Of a stretch of DNA of 38,999 bases, positions 27,867 to 37,800 are shown piece after piece. The position numbers were made by a program, and so were the translations under genes. A model generated the notes under the pieces. The model had not been told where the DNA came from, did not search any database, and saw only the letters and a list, made by a program, of their open reading frames with translations. Numbering within the stretch: position 1 is the first letter of the stretch; the number at the start of each line of letters is the position of its first letter. This stretch comes from Deltaproteobacteria bacterium (GTDB lineage: Bacteria; Myxococcota; JACRCW01): assembly GCA_016218805.1 (NCBI GenBank), contig JACRCW010000009.1, positions 1 to 38,999 of the forward strand, given 5' to 3'.

Positions 27867-28289
27867 TCAGGGGTGATCGCGCCGGGCGCGCACCAGGAGC
27901 ACCGGGCACGCCGCGCGGTGCGCCACCTGCTCCGCCACGCTGCCCAACAACAGGCGGGCCACCGCGCTGCGCTCATGCGTACCCAGCACCAGCACGTCCG
28001 GCTGCACGTCCGCCGCCGCCTGGAGGATCATGTCGGCAGCGTCCCCCACCAGCACCTTGGCCGTGGGCGCCGTGAAGCCCGCGCCCTGCGCCAACTGCAC
28101 CAGATCCCGCTCCGTGGCGGCGGTGAGCTCATCCCACCGCGGCGGTTCCGCCGCCGGCGGTACCGACGGGTCCGGCGGCACCACGGACTGGACCAGGCAC
28201 AGCGAGCATCCCGGGAACAGCTGCGCGACCTTCTTCAGCGCCGCCCGGGCACCGGAACTTGCGTCGTACGCGAGAAGGACGGTGGTCAT
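27867..28289 (-). CDS. Universal stress protein (single USP domain)
   Basis: TVLLAYDAS...DVLVLGTHERSAVARLLLGSVAEQVAHRAACPVLLV. Confidence 0.9.
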   Translation of the reverse strand: MTTVLLAYDASSGARAALKKVAQLFPGCSLCLVQSVVPPDPSVPPAAEPPRWDELTAATERDLVQLAQGAGFTAPTAKVLVGDAADMILQAAADVQPDVLVLGTHERSAVARLLLGSVAEQVAHRAACPVLLVRARRDHP

Positions 28290-28435
28290 GCCCCGGATGC
28301 GAGCATTGGCCGTGCCCACCTTCTCCGTCGAGAAAACGCGCGGCGCGGCCTCCGCTGCGGGCACGCGTTGCGCCGCCGCGCTGGCCGCGCGCAACGGGTG
28401 CGGAATCCTGGGGGGCACACGCCGCCTCACCCGCG

Positions 28436-28882
28436 TCAGCGGCGGTGACGCCCATCCAGTTCCATGAGCATGCGCACACCCGCGCTGCCGCGGTCCCCCG
28501 GGTCGGTATCCAACCACGCGGCCAGGATCTCCTTCGCCATGTCGTCAGAAAGCGTGCGGTTGGACAGGCACAGGACGTTGGCGTGGTTCCAGGTGCGCGC
28601 GCCGGCGGCGGTGCCAGGGTCACCGCACAACGCCGCGCGGATGCCGGGCACCTTGTTGGCCGCCATGCAGATGCCGGTCCCGGTCCAGCACAGCAACACG
28701 CCCATCTGGCACTCCCCGCGGGCCACCGCCAACGCCGCCGCCTCCGCCACGGCGGGCCACGGCTCCTCCTGCCCGCTGGCCACCGCGCCAAACCGCTCCA
28801 CCTGGTGGCCGCGCTTCTCCAGCTCGCGCTGCAGCGTTGCGTGCACCGGGTAGGGATCGTCGGAGCAGAGCGCCACGCGCAC
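28436..28882 (-). CDS. rpiB: RpiB/LacA/LacB family sugar-phosphate isomerase
   Basis: VALCSD, GVLLCWTGTGICMAANKVPGIRAAL, ARTWNHANVLCL. Confidence 0.88.
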   Translation of the reverse strand: MRVALCSDDPYPVHATLQRELEKRGHQVERFGAVASGQEEPWPAVAEAAALAVARGECQMGVLLCWTGTGICMAANKVPGIRAALCGDPGTAAGARTWNHANVLCLSNRTLSDDMAKEILAAWLDTDPGDRGSAGVRMLMELDGRHRR

Positions 28883-28886
28883 GGGG

Positions 28887-31800
28887 TCAGCCCGCCTTCA
28901 TGGCCAGGCCCAGGCGGCCGCGGAGCTCGGCGTACTGTTCGCTCACCAGGAACAGGATGAGTTCACGCAGGCGGTTCTTGGGAACGGGGGGGCTCTGCGG
29001 GTCCTGGATCTTCAGCGTCTGCACGGTGGTATCCACGTCATTGCACGCCAGCAGGGACGCGCGGACCGCGGTGTGCTCCATGCCCTCATAGAACAGCTCC
29101 AGGTGCGGCGGTTCCTTGCGGGAGATGGTCTTGCGGTCCACGGATTTCAGCGCGCTCTCCAGTCCCTCCACGCGCAGCAGGTTGCGGCCAATCTTGTCCA
29201 GCTCCTTGGGGTCGGTCTCGTACTTGGCCGTCGTGTCGGTCACAAACAGCGCCGCTTCGCACAGCACGCGGAACGCCTGCGGCCCCAGCACGCGCGGCAG
29301 CACAAACGCGGGCCGCATGAAGCTGAGCATGCGGCCCCACAGCGCCCACAGCATCTTCTGCGGCATCTCCTTGAACATCGGGTTCTGGTCGCCAATCGTC
29401 ATCGTCAGCGGGTAGACCGGGTGCAGCGTGGGGGCCATGTCGCTGCCGCGCAGCTGCCACAGCTCAAAGGGCGTGGCCCCCAGCACCGCCGCCACGCCGG
29501 CCAGCTGCTTCACGCTGAACACCAGTGACTGGTCAATGTCCACGCGCGCCGCGTCCTTGCGCTTCTGCAGCCCCAGGTCACGCGCGTCACGCAGGCCCAT
29601 GCCGGGCGCCAGCCGGTAAAGGATGGTGGACACCAGCGCAATGGGCGTCTGCGCCCGGTCATGCACGGCCAGCGCGTCCCACAGCTTCTCCGTCATGGCC
29701 TTCTGGTGCCGCTGCGGGAGCTGCCCCTGGTAGTGCGCAATGAGGCTGGCCTCTTCGTCCGTGGCCTCCTTGAGCAGGCGCAGGGCCTGCACCGCGCACA
29801 GCGTCCGGTCCACCAGCCGGCGGTTGAGATACAGCCGCGCCAGCGTGTGCAGCGCGCGCCCCGGCTCGTTGGAGCGCGGCAGGACCAGTTGGTACTGCGC
29901 AATGGCCTCGTCCTCCTTGCCGGGACGCCGGGCCATGAGGTCCGCCAGCGCTTCCTGCAGCTCCAGGTTCTCCGGGTCCGCACGGCACAACACGGTGTAC
30001 GCCATGATGGCGTTGTCCACGTCTTTGAGGACGCGGTGGTACAGCTGCGCCAGGTTGGTCCACAGCACCGTGCGGATCTTCACCTGTTCCTTGGGCGTCC
30101 GCTGGATCATGGCGCGGTAGTTCTCCTCCAGCGCGCGCCACATCTTCTTCTCCGTGAGCAGCTTCTCAATGGACTCAAAGCTGCGCACGTACGTGGGGTC
30201 CAGGTCCAATGCGGCATTGAAGTACTGCACGGCGCGCTGCTCGTTGCGGATCTCGTCGCGGTAGATCTCACCCAGCTGGTGGTTGAGCCGCACGCGCGTC
30301 GTCGCGTCGGGCTCAATGCGCACCAGGTCCTCCAGCACCTCCACCGCCTTGGGCCCCTGCTTGGTGTCCCGGTAGAGGTTGAACAGGGCGGTGAGCACTT
30401 CCTTGTCGTCGCGCCGCAGCTTGTTGGCGTCCTCGTACGCGTCAATGGCGCGGTAGGCGTCCTGCAGCTTCTCGCGGCTGAGCGAACCCAGCTGCATCAG
30501 CAGGGCAACCTTCTCGTCGTCCTGGGCCAGGCCGGCCATCTTGAGGAGCGCGTCGTAGGCCTCCTCGTAGCGCTGCGCCTTCTGGTGCACGTCTGCCAGC
30601 AGCTTGAGGCTGGCCAGGTGGTTGGAGTCAATCTCCAGCGCCTTGTCCAGGTTGCGGATGGCACGGTCGCCCTGGTTCATCTTGTCGGAGATGTCGCCGA
30701 GCTTCCAGTAGTAGTCGACGACCTCCGCGTCGGTGAGGCTCTCCCGGTGGTGGATGAGGATGGTCTGGTAGATCTTCTGCGCGTCATCCCAGCGTTCCGC
30801 GCGCACCAGGCTACCGCCCAACCCCTCCAGCGCGGGCAGGTAGGTGGGGTCAATGTCATACGCCTTCTGGTAGTTCTTGAGCGCCTTCTGGTCCTTGCCC
30901 TGCTTCTCCGTGATGTAACCCAGCCGGTAGTACTGCCGGCACAGCTCCTTGGAGTCCTTGGTGGGGTCCAGTTTGTCGACGACGATCTCCAGCAGTTCCT
31001 CCGCGCGCTCGTAGCCCTCGCGGCGGAACTCCAGGTCAGCCAGCGGCTTGGCGGCGTTGAGGTGGTCCGGGATGATCCCCAGCGCGCGCTCATACAGCCG
31101 CACCGCCCCGTCCATGTCGTTGTTGCGCTCCTGCACAAACGCGCCGGCGGCGGTGAACAGCTCCGCCTTCTCCGTCGGGTCCTTGACCGCCTCGGCCTCC
31201 TGCACCAGCCGCTTGAGGTACGCCTCCCACTCGCGGGCCGCATAGTGGATGGCCTTGAGCGCCTGCAGCGACGGGACGTGCTCGGCATCCAGTTCCAGCG
31301 CCTGCTCGTAGCAGGACCGCGCGGCGCTGGTGTCCATGAGCATCTCCGCGTTGATGGAGCCCATGCGGAAGTGCAGCTCCACCGCCTCAGGCTGGCCGCG
31401 CAGCAACTCCGCTTCCTGCGCCAGCTTCTCCAGCGCGTTGAACCAGTTGCCGCTGCGCTCATACAGCTGCCCCAGGTCATGGATGGCGCGGATGGCGGAC
31501 GGGTCCTTGCGCAGGACCGCGGTGTAGATTTCCTCGGCTTTGTCCGGCTTGTTGAGTTCCTTGTAGTAGACCTCCGCCACCTGCATCTGGAGGTCCAGCC
31601 GCTCGTCCGGGTCCTTGCTGATCTCCGCGTGCCGCGTGAGCGCCAGGATGAGCTTGTTGTAGTCCTGCACCTCCTTGAACAGCAGTTCCAGCTTGCGGAC
31701 CGCGGCCAGGTTGTCCGGGTCAATGCCCAGGATGCGCTCGTTGAGTTCAATGGCCACGGGCAGGTTGCCAAACGTCTCCTCGTGCAGCACGGCCATCTTG

Positions 31801-34800
31801 GACAGCAATGAAATGCGTTCCTCGTTATCAATGGCGTACGTGTACTGCCGCTCAAATACGCCGAGCAGTTCCGGGTACCGCTCCGCCTGCGTGTACGTGC
31901 GCTCCAGCGCCTTGAGTGCCAGCCCGTGGCCCGGGTCCTCCTCCAGCACGGCCTTGTAGGAATTGATGGCCGCTTCCGGGTCCTGCAGCTGGGACTCCTG
32001 GATGCCGGCAATGCGGTAGCGCAGGTTCACGCGTTCCTGCGGGTCCTGCGTGAGTTCCAGCGCGCGCTGGAACATCCCAATGAGCGCCTGCCAGCGCTGC
32101 GTCTCCTCGTACAGGCGGGTGAGCGCCTGCACCGCGCGCTCGTCACGCCCGTCAAACTCCAGCAACCGCTTGTAGGTGTTGATGGCCTCGCCGGGGTCCT
32201 GGCGTTTCTCTTCGTGGACGGCGGCCAGCTTCAGCAGCAGCGCGCGGCGGAGGTCCTCCTCCGGCGTGGAGCCGATCTTCCGTTCCAGGACGCGCACCAC
32301 GTCGTCCCAGCGGTCCAGCGCCATGTACAGCTTCTCCAGCGCCTGCAGGGCACCGGGGTTCTGCGCGTCCAGGTCAAAGATGAGGTTGAGGTGCGCCTCC
32401 GCCTCCTGGAACTGCTTGAGGTGCTCGGCGCACAGGTGCGCCATCTGCAGGTAGATGTCGATCGCGCGGTGCGTCTCATCCACGCGCCCCACCACGTCCT
32501 CCAGGACGGCAACGGCCTCCTCCACGCTGTCCGTCTCCACGGCCAGCCGCTCCACCATCTCGCCCAGGGCGTGGTCACCCGGTGACTCGCGGAACGCGCG
32601 GCACGCGGCCAGGAACGCCAGCGGCTTCTCGCCCAGGCGCTGCTCATACAGCGCACCCATCTCGGTGAGCAGGCGGACCTTCTCGTCCACGTCCGCAAAC
32701 GGCAGCCGCGCCTCCTTGAGCCCCACCAGCTTGCGCCAGTCCTCGCTGACCTCGTACGCGGCGGACAACTGCTGGTGCGCGCGCACGTTGTTGGGGAACA
32801 TCTGCAGGATGCGTTCGTACGCGCTGGCGCCCTTCTCGCGGCGGGCCAGCGGGCCCTCCCACAGCTCCGCCAGGTCAAACAGCAGCGCCATGCGGTGCTC
32901 ATTGGCCTGCGCCAACCCCACCCGGCGTTCCAGCACACCGGCGCACTCCTCAAACGCCTCGCACGCCAGGAACACCTCGTACAGGCGGACCAGTTCCTCA
33001 TCCGTGTGCGGTTCAATATCCAGCACGCGGCGGCCGGCCTCCACCGCGTCCGCCTTCTTGCCCTGCGCTTGCAGCACCTCCGCCAGGTCAAACTGGATGG
33101 CCTTGATGCCCGCGGTGTCTGTCTGCAGGCGCCGCATGCGGCGCAGCACCCCAACCAGGTCCTCCCAGCGCTGCGCCCGTTTGTAGATCTTACGCAGCGC
33201 GTCCAGCGCGTTCATGTCGCGCGGGTTGAGCTCCAGCACGTGGGTGTACTTGACAATGGCGTCGTTGAGTTCCCCCAAATGGTCCGTCAGCACGCCGCCC
33301 AGGCGCGAGGACAGGTCCTGCACGCGGGGGCCCGCCTTCTCGCGGGCAATCTCGTCCTCGTACAGCGCCTTGAGGTCCATCCACAGTTCCAGGCGCCGGT
33401 ACAGGACCTCCAGGTCCTCAAACACCGCACGGTCCGTCGGGAACGCCTCCCGCAGCGCCTTGACGTGTGGCAGCGCGTCCGCGGGGCGGTTGAGGTGTTC
33501 GTTGTACAGCTGCGCCATTTCACGGCGCAGCGCCAGGATGGCCTGGGCGTCATTGCCGCGCTCCAGGTGGTGCAGTTCCTGGAGCATGAGGTCCGCGCGG
33601 CGGGCGTGCTGCTTGATCTGCCCGTACAACCAGATGAGTTCGCGCCGCGTGGTGGCGTTGTCCGGCTGCAGCCGCCCGGCCTCCTCCAGGGCCTCGGCGG
33701 CCTCCTCGTTGGCGCTGAGGTGGCGGCCCAGCGCCATGCCCAGCGCGCACAGCAGGGGGGCGCGCTCCTCGGGTCCATCCGCCACGGCCAGGCGCTTGCG
33801 CACGGTGGCTTCAAAGTCGTTCCAGCGCGCCGCCTTCTCGTACAGCCGCTGCAACGCCTCCAGCGGGACCACGCGGCCGGGCACCTTGGAGAGCACCTGC
33901 TCGTACAGCTCCATGGCGCGCTCCGGCGCGCCCAGCTCGGTCTCGTGCAGTTCCGCGGCGGCCTCGCGCAGCGTGGCGGCCACGGGCGTGCGGCCCTCCA
34001 TGTCGGCGCTGGACGCTTCGTCCTCGTAGACCTCCGCCAGTTCCTCCACGGTGCCCTGGTCCCGCGCCAGGTCCAGCAACATGGTTCGCAACGTGGCGCT
34101 GGTGCGGTCCAACCGCAGCGCGCGGCACAGCGCGCCAAACGCGGGCCCGCTGAGCTGCAGCTTCTCGCGGTACACCTGAGCCACCTGCATCAGCAGTGAC
34201 CGCGCCTTGTCGCGGTCGCCGGCCAGCTCCGCGTCGCTCACCAGCATCTCGGTGACGTCAATGACGCGCTTGAACTCCTGCATCGCCTCGTACGCGTGCA
34301 GCAGCACCGCGGCCACCTGATCCTTCTGCGTGGTGCGCGTGCGCAGCCGGTCCTCCAGGTACGCGCGGGACGCGGCGTGGTCCGGTTTCTGCCGCAGCAC
34401 CTTGCCCAGCTCTTCCAGCGCGTCGTCGGGACGGTCCAGCTCGCCGTCCAGGATGGAGGCCGCGCGGTAGCGGGCGTCCAGCTCGCGGTCCGGCATCTGG
34501 TCGCGGCACAGCTCCGCTTCGCGCAGCAGGGCGTCCACCAGCTCCTGCCAACGCTCCTGCGCCTCGCACGCGCGCTGCAGGCTGCGCAGCGCGTCCAGGT
34601 CAGACGGGTTGATCTCCAGCAGCCGCCGCAGCGTGGCAATGGAGCCGGCGGTGTCCTGGGTATCACCCTGCAGCTTGCTGACCTCCATGAGCAGCGCGCG
34701 CACCGCGCGCGGGTCCGTCTCCAGCGCCGCGCGCCGGCGCAGCACGTCCGCCAGCGCCGCGGGCTCGCGCAGCGCGCGGTGCAGGCGCTCCAGTGACGTC

Positions 34801-37800
34801 AGGATCTCCAGGCGCACGTCACGCACGTCAGCCGCCTCGTCCGGTCCCGGGCCCATCAGGTCCAGCGCCAGGCGGAAGTGCTCCACGGCGCGGGCCGGGT
34901 CAGACAGGCCGGACTCATACAGGGTGGCCACGCGCCGCCGGTACAGGATGGCCACGGCGCCGGTGCGCTCCTCCTCCAGCACGTCCAGGTACAGCCCCAC
35001 CAGCGTCTCAATGTCGCCGGTGGCCTGGGCCAGGCGCTCCACGTCGGCGCGCAGGCCTTCGTCCTCCGGCGTTTCCTTGAGCGCGCGGCCCAGCGCGGCA
35101 AACGCCAGCTCCGGGTTGCGCAGGGGTCCCTCACGCAGCCCGGCCACGCGCCGCCACAACGCCCGCCGCGCGGCCGCCTCCGTGACGCCGTCCAGCCGCG
35201 CCTCCAGCACGGAGCACAGCTTCTGCGCATCACCCAGCGCCTCGTAGCGGGGCTCCAGGAGCGTGGCCACGCCCAGCCGCGCCTGCGTGGCGTCATTGCC
35301 CACCCGCACCGCCAGGTCCGCGTACGTGGCCTCCAGCGCGCCCAGCAGCCGCGGGTTACCCGGTGCCTCCTGCGCCGCCACCTGCAGCAGCGTGGCGGCG
35401 CCCACCGGGTCCCCCAGCGACGTGCGGCGGACCTCCGCCAGCCGGATGCGCGTGTCCGACGCCTCCCCGGGACCCTGCGCCAGTTTCACCTGCATCTGCA
35501 GGACACCGGCAAGCTCCTGGGCTTTCTCCGCCCGCCCGTACAGCCGCTCCAGCGCCTTGAGCGCGGCGCGGTCCGCGGGGTCCAGCTGCAGCACGTCATT
35601 GAACGCGGCAATGGCACCGGCCACGTCCGCCAGCTGCTCCGCCGCCTGCGCCAGCTCCAGGTACGCCTCCTTGGCCTTGGGGAGGTTGTCCACGGCGGCC
35701 TGCTGCCGCGCCAGGCGGCGCAGCACGTCCAGCAGGTCCGGGGACACGCCGCGCGCGCGCAGCAGGCGCGCCATCTGTTCCAGCGTGGGGATGTCGTCCG
35801 GCTGCGCCAGCAGCGCGTTGCGGAGGTGGTTGATGGCCGCCTCCGGGTCCTTCATCCGCGTCTCCATGATCGCGGCCACGCGCCGGGACAGCAGCGCCTG
35901 CAGCTTGCCGTCCCGCGTCTGGGCCAGCACGTCCTCGTAGACGGCGGCCAGCTCTTCCTGGCTGTCGGTGACCTGCGCCAGGCGCTCGGCCCGCTCGCGC
36001 ACGGCGTCATCACCCGGGGACTCGCGGACCGCGCGGCAGATGGCCATGAACGCCAGCGTGGGTTGCCGCGCTATCTCCTCCTGCATGCGCGCCAGCTCCA
36101 TCAGCACGGACGCGCGCTGCGCGTGGTCCGGTTCGCCGATGAGGCGGGCCTCCAGCACACCGGACAGCGCACCAAAGTCCGACCGCGCGCGCACGCACTT
36201 CTCCAACACGCGCGCCACGTCCTTGGCCGGCGGGACGTTGGTCTGCTTGGCTGTCTCCAGCAGCGCGGCCAGCGCGTTGGCCACTTCGGGGGCCTTCTCG
36301 TCGTCTTCGGCGGCCTTCTGCAGCACCTGGAAAGCGGGGAGCGTGCCGCCCGGGCTGTCCATGAACAGCCGCCCCAGGCGCGCACCCAGTTGCGCCCGCG
36401 CCTGCGGGACCGCCTCCAGCCGGATGCGCCGCGGCAGGATGGCCGCCAGCGCACTGTTCTGGCCGGAGCGCATGTACAGCGCGTCCATCAGCTCCAGGAG
36501 TCCGGCGTCGTCGGCGGACTCGGCCAGCAGCGTCTTGTAGATGGCCTCGGCGCCCTGCAGGTCACCGCGCTCGTCCTGCAGCAGCCGCGCGGCCTGCAAC
36601 AGCGCCGCCCGGCGGTCCGCCGGCGCGGTGGCCGCGGCCGCTTTCGCCTTGAGGATCTCAACCAGCGAATCCGTCTCCGCCCCGGCCCGGTGGAACGTCT
36701 CCAGCGCCTTGAGCGCTTCCCCGTCGCCGGGGACCAGGCGCAGAATCTCGCGGTGCGCGCGGATGGCCAGCGCGCGGTCCGACAGTTTCTCCACCGCCAC
36801 GCGCGCCACCTCGCGCCAGCGGGCCGCGGCGCCCACCGGGTCACGCGCGGACAGCGCCTCCGCCACGTCTTCCAGGATGCCCGCGTACGCGTCATAGGCC
36901 CGCGTAGCCCCCGCCAGCGCCTCGGCGCGGGCGCGGCGCTCCTCCGTCGGATCGTCCCGGTACGCGCGGCTCACGGACATGAACGCCTGCTCGCGCTGCG
37001 CCAGCTCCTTCTCGTAGATTGCGCCCACCTCGTCCAGGATGCGCGCGCGCTCCGCCGCGGACTGGCTCATCCCGGCGCGGTGCTCCAGCAGCGCGGCCAG
37101 CGGCGCGGGCGCGCTGCTCCGCCGGTAGTGCGCGGTCAGCAGCTCGGTTGCCTTGGCGCCGTCATGGCCGGGCGCGCGCGCCACCAGCTCCAACAACGCT
37201 ACCCCTTCGGCCAGTGACACGTCGGACGCCTTGCCCTCCAGCACCTGCGCCAGCACGCCAATGGCGCCGGCCGCGTCCGCCAGCTTCTCCAGTCTGAGCC
37301 GCCCCAGGCGCACCAGCAGCGTGGAGCGCTCCGGGTCCTGCATGCGCGCGGACAGGGACATCAGCACGTCCGCCAGCGGGCCCGGCTCCTCCCGCACCTC
37401 GTGCAGCTCCGCCATCATGCGGAGCGCCGCGGTGTCGTCAGGCGCGGCCTCCAGCCCGCGCCGCAGCGCCTCCAGGGCGCGGCCGGTGTCATTCACGCGG
37501 GACCACAGCGCGGCGGCCTCGCGCAGGCTGCTGGCGCGGACCTCGCCGGACTGGTTGTCCGCCATCTGCTCCAGGCTCTCCGCCAGGGGGCGCGCGTCGT
37601 GGCTCAACCGGCGCAGGCGCACCGTGGCCGCCAGCGCTTCCGCGTCCTTGGGCGACTTGGCCAACACCGCCCCGTACGCGCGCAGCGCTCCGTCGCGGTC
37701 ACCGGCGCGGTCGTACCAGGCACCCAGCCGCTTGCCGAAGTCCAGCGCCACGGTGCCCGGGTGCGCCGCCACCACCGCTTCGTACGTCTCGGCAATGCGC